NCBI GenBank assembly: GCA_951406725.2
Contig: OX597815.1
Location: forward strand, 33,294,001-33,358,000
From: Octopus vulgaris
Lineage: Eukaryota
Direction: 5' to 3'
Length of the DNA: 64,000 bases
The notes under the pieces are model-generated. The model was given only the letters and a program-made list of their open reading frames with translations, was not told where the DNA came from and did not search any database. A program made the translations under genes and the position numbers. Shown here one piece after another: positions 27,213 through 38,959 of the stretch (position 1 is the stretch's first letter; each line of letters opens with the position of its first letter).

Positions 27213-27660
27213 TTGAGGTCTGGAGAAGTTTCTTGGGACGTCTCACACCATAGTAACTTTAAGAACTTAGCTAAATCCTTCTTTAGAATGCTAGACTCTA
27301 ATTTCCCTCGACAATATAAATATCATTCTATTTTTAATAGATCCACCCTGAAACTATCTTATTCAAACTCACCTAATTTTGAATCTATTGTAGCAGCCTC
27401 GAATAAGCAAAAGCTCTCTCCTATCAAAACTCACGCAAGTATAACTCTACTAATACAAATAATCAACACACATACATATCTAGAATAGATACCCTTACAT
27501 TAGGACACCCACAACCACAACCCAGCCCATTCTACTGACACTTCCCGGAACACCCCCACAATCTCTAATACCCTGACAAATAGCAGAAGTAACAGTAACA
27601 ATAGTAGTAATGATAACGTTAGTAGTGATGATGATGATGATGATGATAATAATAATAATG

Positions 27661-27750
<90 letters not shown>

Positions 27751-28320
27751 TAGAAATTTTCACACACACACACACCCTTCTATAACCTCTCTTCTGATGA
27801 TACTACCTCCTCTTTTACCGAACACGGTCCTCAAAATTCACCTAATTGTAATTGCCGTCCTGGAACCACCTGCCCGTTACAAAGCCATTGCAGAAGATAT
27901 AATGTAATCTACAAATGGACGGTCCTTAACCTATTACATAACTCTTCAGCCATATATATAGGATCAACAATAAACTTTAAGCAACGATATGCCACTCACC
28001 TCCACTCTTTTAGATGCGATAAACATAGTAAATCTACAACACTCGCCAACCACATACATCATCTCAAAAATGCAAATATACCCTATACTCTATCATGGTC
28101 CATACTGGACTCAGGACTTCCCTACTGAGGTCAACGCTCAATCTGCAAGCTTTGCCTGAAGGAGGCACTCCAAATATTAAAGCACAAATCTCCAACACTA
28201 CTTAATAAATATAACGAGGCACTAAGCACATGCAACCACCGCTTTTATCACACATTTAAATTCTACCACAAATCCAAATGCCAGAATGACCATATAGTAC
28301 TTTTCCACAATAATTCTTAG
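27213..28320 (+). mobile_element. Penelope-like element 3' ORF, Naiad-type GIY-YIG endonuclease
   Basis: IFNRSTLKLSYS; CNCRPGTTCPL (CxCx5C); NVIYK...IYIGST; FKQRYATH; CKLCLKE; LNK..E...CNH; one TGA at 28126-28128; (AAT)n expansion in the linker. Confidence 0.82.
27625..27752. repeat. (GAT)n-(AAT)n trinucleotide tract within the PLE linker
   Basis: Directly visible. Confidence 0.95.
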
Positions 28321-29373
28321 GTAATCCCATTAACCTATAAATTTTCACTCTAACTCATAATCCCTATCTAGTTTCTCACATATACAACCATCTGATTATA
28401 TTCGTATATACGCGCAAACACCCATGCGCGCGTATATATGTACGAATGAGGGTATGCATATATGCATACATGTGGATATATGTAAACATGCACACATGCA
28501 AGGTATATGCAGATGAGCGTATAAGTGAGCGTATATGAGGGCATGCGCATGCGAATAAGGATTGTATATGTAAATTATCTGATATATACATGTATATACA
28601 TCTTCATATATATTTTTTCTAAAACTACTAAACACTGATATTTCCTTAATTCTTCATATATTTGCCTCCCGATTAGAAGCCACTACTACGCATTGGTCCT
28701 TCCTCTACCTCTTAACACCCCATTCCTCTATCTTTTACACTATAATACCTTTCTCTATCCCCACTCCTACTTTCAAAATATCTCCACTGACCACTGACTA
28801 ATCTATATCTTAATTTTTCTTTTTTCTTTTTTCTTTATTCCCTTTATTCATATCTTCAAGGTTTTTATACTTTATTTTTCATTATTTTGTTATTTTTACT
28901 AATCTTCTCTCTCCTTTCTCTTTCATTCTTTCTTTCTCTCCTCTTTTTTCTCTTTCTCTTCCCTTTTTTTCTTTCTTTTCTCTTTATTTCATTCCTCTCT
29001 TCCTGTTTTCAATTTAACCATACTAATACATTCCCTATTTCTAGGTCATTTTAAATACAAACCTTGAATCTCCAACAGTATATATAAATTCCCTACTGGG
29101 AATGACCAAGTTTAAAAATCTGCTGGATCTCAATCATAAGGGACTCTTACATTGCTTATAAACTCTATATTTGGAAGGACTCATATTAAGCTCTGTTGGA
29201 CTTTTGGATATTACTCAAAGGATATTGGAATATTGCATATATACCAGTATGCCTATAAAATGGATTTACAAATTCAATACCCATACATATCTTACATCTA
29301 TTTCTTTCCTCCACCTCACTCTCTATTTTGTATCGCATCGAAACTAACTATGACTTAATTTTTCCTCTCATAC

Positions 29374-29424
29374 CGGCTCCGATGAAGAGATATTTATTAA
29401 TATCCTAGAAACAGCTGTAAGACC
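29374..29424 (+). ncRNA. Minimal type I hammerhead-ribozyme-like motif (PLE-associated)
   Basis: CCGATGA (one change from CUGANGA), stem II gatatt/aatatc, GAAA, palindromic CAGCTG stem III, GUA site; ~1 kb downstream of the PLE ORF. Confidence 0.6.
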
Positions 29425-29959
29425 TTCTATCTATAAATGCTCTAATATCTATACAACCTTGGTTTTTTATCTTATTACGCAAAAATTTCTTATATATATA
29501 CATATATATTCATACATAAGTATGAACGTATGTGTATGTGTGTGTCCATAGGTGTATACGAATTTATATAAAGAATATCAACATGAACTATGTAAAAGCC
29601 AGAGATATCGTTATAAAAAATATCATTTCTGGATAAACAAAGTGAAGAGTTTGATCCTGAGATAGGAAATAATACATTTATCAATACATCATTATTTCAA
29701 ATTTTCATATCCGTTTGTATTTTATTCATTGCAGTCTGTATAAGAAGGTATGGAACATAATTTTCTTCAAGAGGAACAAGTGTTTTCACCTCTGCTTTCT
29801 TTTTAGTTTCATTTCTTTCTTTTTCTTTTTCTTTCATTTTTTTTTTCATTTTTGTTTGTTTTAACACAATCTTTTTATTTTTTATTTGTTGCTCTTTTTT
29901 CTTTCCTAAGAAGAATGGCTCTTCGAATATTCTTCGTTTCTTTATGATCGGCAAAATAA

Positions 29960-30222
29960 TTTTTTCAAGCCAGCCGGCTTTTTTGCGCAAACTGCACGTG
30001 CATTTTTCTTGCGTACGCATAGTATCGATCGCAACAGCTGATGTACTTGCGCGTACAAATGCACGTTCCCACGGCTTTATCGATCACATTCTCACCTAGA
30101 ATCGATTTTCGTAATTTTTTCAAGACTTACACACGCCCTGATACAGTCGGTATCTACATATCAAATTTGAGCGCAATCGGATGGAGGATGCCCGAGATCC
30201 TAGAAAACACACACACAGAACG

Positions 30223-30235
<13 letters not shown>
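29960..30235 (-). mobile_element. Helitron-like non-autonomous fragment (5' part)
   Basis: aaatttgagcgcaatcgg...acacacacagaacgattttatata has the same terminal architecture as the end of 7803-8316. Confidence 0.4.
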
Positions 30236-30288
<53 letters not shown>

Positions 30289-30764
30289 CACAAAAAAAGA
30301 AAACGAATTTATACTTAACAAATGAGGTTTTTAACCGAATTAATGGTTAAAATATATATATAAATCATTGAATCTAAAGGAACTTAGATGAAAACTTTAT
30401 GCCGATGGTATTTCAAAAATACTACAGTGAAGTAAAATAAATATTAGCATTAAAGGCCTGGTTGAAGGTTCAACCTTCTGAGGGCTTAGAAAAGCTGAAG
30501 GACCGCTGCAACCCTAGTATGTTATATAAGACTGGAATGATTTAAGAAGGAGGATAAATGCGGATTACACAGGAAGTAAAACAGACAGTGTATGGAAAAA
30601 GTAAAAACAATTACTATAAGAAAGGGAAGTGATATGCTAGAAGACTGTAATTCAGTTGCCTAGATAAAAAATTACAGAGATGTACTTGCATAGCAAGTGA
30701 TTTGATCTGAGATCGTGTGCTGAAACGAAAACAATTGCAGTGTGGAAGGTGTTTGTAAGCCATT

Positions 30765-30973
30765 TAAGAAACACACAAAAGCCGTTCGATTCACTTCAAC
30801 ATTTAAGTTTAATTTGTCAAAATATTTTCGTCGCTTTAAGATCGCGACCTGTTCACTGAGATGCAGCACGGATTTTTATCAGTGAACAGGACGCGATCTT
30901 AAAACGACGAAAATATTTTGACAAATTAAGCTTAAATGTTGAAGTGAATCGAACGGCTTTTGTGTGTTTCTTA
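30765..30973. repeat. Long inverted repeat: 95-bp arms, 19-nt spacer
   Basis: 30765-30859 versus 30879-30973, about 3 mismatches. Confidence 0.92.
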
Positions 30974-32234
30974 GAAAAAAATTATCCTTCAAATAAGTTT
31001 TCCACTCTGAAGAATATAGGACTGTGAAGAAAAATGCTTTCTAACAAAAGACTTTTTGACTAATTACTAATTCATAGAGTTTTCATTAAAAGAAAGACTG
31101 ATTGATGCAAATAGAAGCGACACAAATAAACCAGCATGAAATATTATCTACATGTGCTAAAAAAAGGAACTCATATCAGCAAAAATATTATTTATAGTAT
31201 AGATAACTCAGCTGTTATTTGAAAGCCAGCCTTTAGCTGCGAAGATTGAGAATATATGAAAACATCATACAGTTCTTTTAAGTAAACAGAAAAATAGCCA
31301 TCTTCTTACAGTTCTGTAAGAAGATATTAACAGCCGTGGGGGATTTGCATATAATGCGTAGTAAATTATATATATATCTATCGAAAACACAGCGTAATCC
31401 ATTCTCTAAAACATGCATAAGGTAGTCAACTGTGAAATTGAGGAAAGTAATTAGGAATCTTCTTTCATATTTGTTTCTGGTTGTCCTTCAATTGATAAGG
31501 CGCACCACTTTCTTTCTGCTAACAGTAGAAATTTGAATTTATGCTTTGAATTTAGCTTTGAATCTACGAATAATTTCCAGAATATTTATCACTTTACTAA
31601 AGAGAATAATAAGTTATTTTCACATCATTTCAATCTCCACAATTAAAGCTTTCAAATAAATAAGTGAAGAGTTGTGTACACATTGTATTTGTTCAGGAAT
31701 TCTGAATTACGCGATGTTCTATATGAAAATATAGTATTAAAAGTAACATTGTGATAAAACTAAGAAAAATTATGTTTTGACATGAAAGTCTCGTTGATTT
31801 AATTATTCAGTGAAAATATTTTCAATAGAAGTCATGGTTACAAATTTTTACAGAATTAAAAAAATTGAAGGCATTTGAGTATTTTATTATATTACGCCGA
31901 TATTAACTTATACTAAAGGTTAAGTTTCAGCTCTGAGTGTTTATCCAGTGAGCAGAGAAAGGGGGTTTCACACACGCACGTACAAATATATATGTGCCAA
32001 TAGCATGTCTTTCTTGACACATGGACATTTATTGAAAATCACGCGCATCGATTTATAGTGCAGCATATTTTATAAAGAGTTTACATGCTGTCATTACGTG
32101 ATCGGGAAGGAAGCCCACAGATACATTAATAACTTTTATCTAATGCAAAGTTATACCTGAGGGTGATCCATAGCAATATCCCAAAGTATCATATGTGTAT
32201 GTGTGTATGTATGCATATATGCATGTGTGCGCGC

Positions 32235-32279
<45 letters not shown>

Positions 32280-32282
<3 letters not shown>

Positions 32283-32455
32283 CTTTATTGTCCCCAAGGG
32301 GGTAAACATAGAGGGGACAAACAAGGACAGACAAAGGGATTCAGTTGATTACATCGACCCCAGTGCGTAACTGGTACTTTATTTATCGACCCCCAAAAGG
32401 ATGAAAGGCAAAGTCAACCTCGGCGGGATTTGAACTCAGAACGTAACGGCAGATG

Positions 32456-32460
<5 letters not shown>
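32280..32460 (-). mobile_element. SINE family A, 5'-truncated, between (TA)n tracts
   Basis: Reverse complement of the family A body and tail. Confidence 0.85.
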
Positions 32461-32501
<41 letters not shown>

Positions 32502-32647
32502 GTTAGTGTGTGTGCGTTGCATGCGCGTGTGTATACACGTATATACAGACACATATTCGTGTGTGAGTGCGCGCGTGTGAGTACTCACTATGTCTACCAT
32601 AACTAACTGCACATGTGATTAGCTTTCCTTATTTATTAAGTTAAAGA

Positions 32648-33245
32648 AGGCGGCGAGCTGGCAGAATCGTTAGCAAGCCGGGCGAAGTGCTAAGCGGTAT
32701 TTCGTCTGCCGTTAAGTTCTGAGTTCAAATTCCGCCGAGGTCGACTTTGCCTTTCATCCTTTCGGGGGTCGATTAAATAAGTACCAGTTACGCACTGGGG
32801 TCGATATAATCGACTTAATCCGTTTGTCTGTCCTTGTTCGTCCCCTCTGTGTTTAGCCCCTTGTGGGTAATAAAGAAATAGGTATTTCGTCTGCCCTTAA
32901 GTTCTGAGTTCAAATTCTGCCGAGGTCGACTTTGCCTTTTATCCTTTCGGGGTCGATTAAATAAGTACCAGTTACGCACTGGGGTCGATATAATCGATTT
33001 AATCCGTTTGTCTGTCCTTGTTCGTCCCCTCTGTGTTTAGCCCCTTGTGGGTAGTAAAGAAATAAGAATCGTGAGTGCACTGACGTATTAGCAGTATTTA
33101 GCCCGTCGCTACGGTGCGAGTTCAAATTCGGAGGTTGACTTTACCTTTCATCTTTTCGGGGGTCGATGAAATAAGTACCAGTTGAACAGTGTCAATGTAA
33201 TCGACTCCTCCCCGCCTTCCCCAAGCTGCCTTTGTGGTGAAAATT
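32648..33245 (+). mobile_element. Tandem array of SINE family A (one full copy, one body-tail unit, one older related copy)
   Basis: 32648-32880, 32881-33064 and ~33090-33245. Confidence 0.85.
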
Positions 33246-33432
33246 TGAAATAGTTATTTAAGTTAGAGGAGGAGGAGAAAGAAGAAGAAGAAGGTAGGAA
33301 GAGGAGGAGTGTAACAGCGACCTTGGCATTACAAGTGTTTTAGGATCTGTTCAATTTGGTTCACAGATTTTTTAATTAATTTTTTTTAACTAAACAGTTT
33401 GAAACTTCGTATACTGGTGGAATGTCTCTCGT

Positions 33433-33783
33433 AGAACAAAAAAAAAAGCGTGTAATATGCAGTAAACAAAGTCTGTAACAGAGGCAGTAAACAGAAAATA
33501 AAATGAAATAGAAGAGTGGTGACATTTAGTAGAGATGACCCGGAAATTGTTCTATGGTATTTTCGATGTTATTTCGAGTTAAAGTTGTCATATTTGCATA
33601 ATTTCAACCAATCAATGACGTGTGTTCAGTTGAAGAAAGCTACTTCTGTTTGCGATAGTAATCGAAGAGGAACAACTTCTGGGTCATCTCTACTAAATGT
33701 CACCACTCTTCTATTTTATTTTTTTGTTTACTGCCTATGTTACAGACTTTGTTTACTACATATTACACGCTTTTTTTTGTTCT
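33433..33783. mobile_element. Foldback/MITE-like element with ~115-120-bp inverted arms
   Basis: 33433-33552 versus 33670-33783, e.g. agaagagtggtgacatttagtagagatgaccc / gggtcatctctactaaatgtcaccactcttct. Confidence 0.8.
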
Positions 33784-34436
33784 CATGTTGGAGTAACCAG
33801 TAAACATCGAAGAATCAACACCAAGAAGGAAGAAATATTATTTATATATATTTATTCGTTTACTCGACATCGGTGTTTTATCCTCACATAAAGCGCACCA
33901 GTGTTTAAAAGACCCATGGAGCTACGAGTCCGCAGCTAGCTTTTTTGTTGTTGACGTGTATGTAGTTTCAAAATGACTTATTTTACAACTATGAGATGTA
34001 TTATTATTGTCATGATTTTATCTTACTATAATCAACAACAAATACATTTCGTCAATATAAAAGTTTTTACTAGATTAAAAATAACATTATGAAAACATGA
34101 AGGTAAAACAAAACAAATAACGGCTTATACACTGGAAAATATGGTAATTGTAGTGACAGTGACAAGTTCGCTGGCTGGTTGCTAGTTAGTAGTGTAGAAG
34201 GGGAGAAAGAGTAAGCAATGCACGGTGCTGACTAGAATGGAAGAAAGAATAAAGGTGGCATCATCTTCGATCGACATACGAATAGAACAGAGTAGTGACA
34301 TTTAATACCCAGAAGTTGTTCCTCTTCGATTACTATCAGCTTGTTTAGAGAGAAGTGCCTTCAAAATTCTACAAACTTTTACCTCGTTACTATCCGATTC
34401 ATTCACACAATTCTACATCGCGTTAAAATCCGTCTA

Positions 34437-35130
34437 TTAATCGGATAGCGTTACTTCAGTGACCCATCGATGGAAGCCCATACCAGCTGCTTGTATTCGC
34501 GATCGTACTTTTTTCGGTTCACTACCAAAGATTATCATAAAAGCACGCGCAAAAACTGAACTGAAGATAGTAAGTTTGACTTGCTTACCTACTTCCCTTC
34601 TTCTGGTAACCGAGTGCTGAAACTGGCGCATTACTGCACAAGCGCCGGGATCCGTTTCATAACAAACTCCGACAACCGGAGACATCTAAGTATGTTCATT
34701 ACCGTATGTGCAGTCTTAGTTGGATGAATAACGGAGTTTTGACTCTTTCTTCAAATCCACGGAACTTTATAGAAGAACCCCTGACTGTATCTAGCTGGTA
34801 ACATTTGGTCTCTCCCTCTCTAGTTCTTGTTCCTTACCTGTAAGGACTGTAACGTTCCAGTTGCCAATTAATAACGGCCCTTCTCTTCTGGACTCGTTTT
34901 GGGATCCAAGTCATGTAACTGTTATGCATCTACCACCACAAGTCTCCTTGAAACATTGGCCTCCCCAACATTGGGTTGAAACTGCAATATATTTTTCGAA
35001 CGGACCCCAATATATATTTTTCGAACGCATCCCCTTTTAACCCTGTGTGAAGACTGATGTAGTATTCAATCTGGCCATTTTGCTGTTATTAGAGATTTTC
35101 TTGGCACCGGTCACCTAATTGGCATTTTTT
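34437..35130 (-). mobile_element. RTE (Expander/Rex3-like) LINE remnant with large internal deletion
   Basis: APE N-terminus IGNWNVTVLTGKEQELERE followed closely by RT C-terminal KLTIFSSVF...VRSRIQAAGMGFHRWV. Confidence 0.72.
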
Positions 35131-36042
35131 ACTTAGACTTTCCAAGAAAAGACTTTACTCTACATTGAGTTGTAAGAGTTTTTCTAAGAGACAACAGTGT
35201 CTCCCATTCTATCATCTTTCCTACTAGCATGCCGCTGTTTAGTCTAGAGTCGGTTATAGGTCAAGAAGGACGCAGCTAACTACTATATCTGGTGATCATG
35301 TCGCTATCCGACATTGTGATTCGTTCTCTACGATAACAACACTGCTGAGAATTGAGTTATGATATCGTTTTAAATTTCAGTTAGTAAAAGCAAAAAACTA
35401 CTATACAGAGCATTCACAGAAATGTATCGATTCAATAAACTAAAATCATTCAAACATCGATTCAATAGCAAAAGCATGACTATCGCATGATAATATAAAG
35501 GCAAATTGTTGTGGTGCACCTGAGCACTGTATACAATAATTTCATTATTATTATTATTATATTATTATACATACAAATACTAAAAACTTATTTGTTCCCG
35601 TATCAAAAGGAAATGGGAGCAAAAACATATCTGTGGAAAGAACTTAACCCTTTATAACTGGTAGTACCAGTGACTTGGCTGCTTTAGCGGTATTGTTCGT
35701 ACCCTTTTTGATTCCCCGCTCCAGATACTTAGTGTTTAACCATCAATTGTAATTTGCAGCTTCAGCCGACTGTGAAATCGAGATTATGCTTCTCGACCTA
35801 AGTCACGTGTAATTGTTCAAAATATATATTCTTCTCTTCTTTCTTGACTCCTCTTTATTATTCTCTTTATTTACTCCCGTCTGGGTCGAGAAATATTTTG
35901 GTCTTGTGGCTTAGGTGTTAATCTTTCCCTAAACTATTTACCAATCCTATTTCCATTAGACTTCAGATATTCATCGAAACTGAAATTCCGTTACGGAGCT
36001 GAATATTCAATATTGATATTCCTTTTGTCTCAGTAACTTATT

Positions 36043-38959
36043 ATACCAACGATTCTTCTGCTTGTGCTCTATATCAACGGGTCTTCTGCTTGTGCTCTAT
36101 ATCAACGGGTCTTCTGTTTGTGCTCTATACCAACGGGTCTTTTGCTTAGGCTCTATATCAACGGGTCTTCTGCTTGAGCTCTATATCAACGGGTCTTCTG
36201 CTTGTGCTCTATATCAACGGGTCTTCTGTTTGTGCTCTATATCAACGGGTCTTCTGTTTGTGCTCTATATCAACGGGTCTTCTGCTTGTGCTCTATACCA
36301 ACGGGTCTTCTGCTTGTGCTCTATATCAACGGGTCTTCTGTTTGTGCTCTATATCAACGGGTCTTCTGCTTGTGCTCTATACCAACGGGTCTTCTGCTTG
36401 TGCTCTATATCAACGGGTCTTCTGCTTGTGCTCTATATCAACGGGTCTTCTGTTTGTGCTCTATACCAACGGGTCTTCTGCTTGTGCTCTATATCAACGG
36501 GTCTTCTGCTTGTGCTCTATATCAACGGGTCTTCTGCTTGTGCTCTATATCAACGGGTCTTCTGCTTGTGCTCTATACCAACGGGTCTTCTGCTTGTGCT
36601 CTATATCAACGGGTCTTCTGCTTGTGCTCTATATCAACGGGTCTTCTGCTTGTGCTCTATACCAACGGGTCTTCTGCTTGTGCTCTATACCAACGGGTCT
36701 TCTGCTTGTGCTCTATATCAACGGGTCTTCTGCTTGTGCTCTATATCAACGGGTCTTCTGCTTGTGCTCTATATCAACGGGTCTTCTGCTTGTGCTCTAT
36801 ATCAACGGGTCTTCTGCTTGTGCTCTATATCAACGGGTCTTCTGTTTGTGCTCTATACCAACGGGTCTTGTGCTCTATACCAACGGGTCTTCTGCTTGTG
36901 CTCTATATCAACGGGTCTTTTGCTTGTGCTCTATATCAACGGGTCTTCTGCTTGTGCTCTATATCAACGGGTCTTCTGCTTGTGCTCTATATCAACGGGT
37001 CTTCTTGTGCTCTATATCAACGGGTCGTCTGCTTGTGCTCTATATCAACGGGTCTTTTGCTTGTGCTCTATATCAACGGGTCGTCTGCTTGTGCTCTATA
37101 TCAACGAGTCTTCTGCTTGTGCTCTATATCAACGGGTCTTCTGCTTGTGCTCTATATCAACGGGTCTTCTGCTTGTGCTCTATACCAACGGGTCTTCTGC
37201 TTGTGCTCTATATCAACGGGTCTTCTGCTTGTGCTCTATATCAACGGGTCTTCTGCTTGTGCTCTATATCAACGGGTCTTCTGCTTGTGCTCTATATCAA
37301 CGGGTCTTCTGCCTGTGCTCTATATCAACGGGTCTTCTGCTTGTGCTCTATATCAACGGGTCTTCTGCTTGTGCTCTATATCAACGGGTCTTCTGCTTGT
37401 GCTCTATATCAACGGGTCTTCTGCTTGTGCTCTATATCAACGGGTCTTCTGCTTGTGCTCTATATCAACGGGCCTTCTGCTTGTGCTCTATATCAACGGG
37501 TCTTCTGCTTGTGCTCTATATCAACGGGTCTTCTGCTTGTGCTCTATATCAACGGGTCTTCTGCTTGTGCTCTATACCAACGGGTCTTCTGCTTGTGCTC
37601 TATACCAACGGGTCGTCTGCTTGTGCTCTATACCAACGGGTCTTCTGCTTGTGCTCTATACCAACGGGTCTTCTGCTTGTGCTCTATATCAACGGGTCGT
37701 CTGCTTGTGCTCTATACCAACGAGTCTTCTGCTTGTGCTCTATACCAACGGGTCGTCTGCTTGTGCTCTATATCAACGGGTCTTTTGCTTGTGCTCTATA
37801 TCAACGGGTCTTCTGCTTGTGCTCTATATCAACGGGTCTTCTGTTTGTGCTCTATACCAACGGGTCTTGTGCTCTATACCAACGGGTCGTCTGCTTGTGC
37901 TCTATATCAACGGGTCTTTTGCTTGTGCTCTATATCAACGGGTCTTCTGCTTGTGCTCTATATCAACGGGTCTTCTGCTTGTGCTCTATATCAACGGGTC
38001 TTCTGCTTGTGCTCTATATCAACGGGTCGTCTGCTTGTGCTCTATACCAACGGGTCTTCTGCTTGTGCTCTATATCAACGGGTCTTCTGTTTGTGCTCTA
38101 TACCAACGGGTCTTCTGCTTGTGCTCTATACCAACGGGTCTTCTGCTTGTGCTCTATATCAACGGGTCTTCTGCTTGTGCTCTATATCAACGAGTCTTCT
38201 GCTTGTGCTCTATATCAACGGGTCTTCTGCTTGTGCTCTATATCAACGGGCCTTCTGCCTGTGCTCTATATCAACGGGTCTTCTGCTTGTGCTCTATATC
38301 AACGGGTCTTTTGCTTGTGCTCTATATCAACGGGTCTTCTGCTTGTGCTCTATATCAACGGGCCTTCTGCTTGTGCTCTATATCAACGGGTCTTCTGCTT
38401 GTGCTCTATATCAACGGGTCTTCTGCTTGTGCTCTATATCAACGGGTCTTCTGTTTGTGCTCTATACCAACGGGTCTTCTGCTTGTGCTCTATACCAACG
38501 GGTCGTCTGCTTGTGCTCTATACCAACGGGTCTTCTGCTTGTGCTCTATACCAACGGGTCTTCTGCTTGTGCTCTATATCAACGGGTCGTCTGCTTGCGC
38601 TCTATACCAACAGGTCTTCTGCTTGTGCTCTATACCAACGGGTCGTCTGCTTGTGCTCTATATCAACGGGTCTTTTGCTTGTGCTCTATATCAACGGGCC
38701 TTCTGCTTGTGTTCTATATCAACGGGCCTTCTGCTTGTGCTCTATATCAACGGGTCTTCTGCTTGTGCTCTATACCAACGGGTCGTCTGCTTGTGCTCTA
38801 TACCAACGGGTCTTTTGCTTGTGCTCTATATCAACGGGCCTTCTGCTTGTGCTCTATATCAACGGGTCTTCTGCTTGTGCTCTATACCAACGGGTCTTTT
38901 GCTTGTGCTCTATATCAACGGGTCTTCTGCTTGTGCTCTATATCAACGGGTCTTCTGCT
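36043..38959. repeat. 28-bp minisatellite, ~104 units (TTCTGCTTGTGCTCTATAYCAACGGGTC)
   Basis: Head-to-tail units without spacers; consensus unit has no + strand stop codon, giving the three long ORFs. Confidence 0.98.

Noticed and set aside
28126-28128. In-frame TGA as selenocysteine in a Naiad-type PLE
   Set aside because: Not at a conserved Cys position; more simply a point mutation such as CGA>TGA
35644-35720. piggyBac-like TTAACCCT end upstream of the minisatellite
   Set aside because: No matching opposite terminus found nearby
36043-38959. CRISPR array (28-bp repeats)
   Set aside because: Units are head-to-tail with no unique spacers, no cas genes and a eukaryotic context
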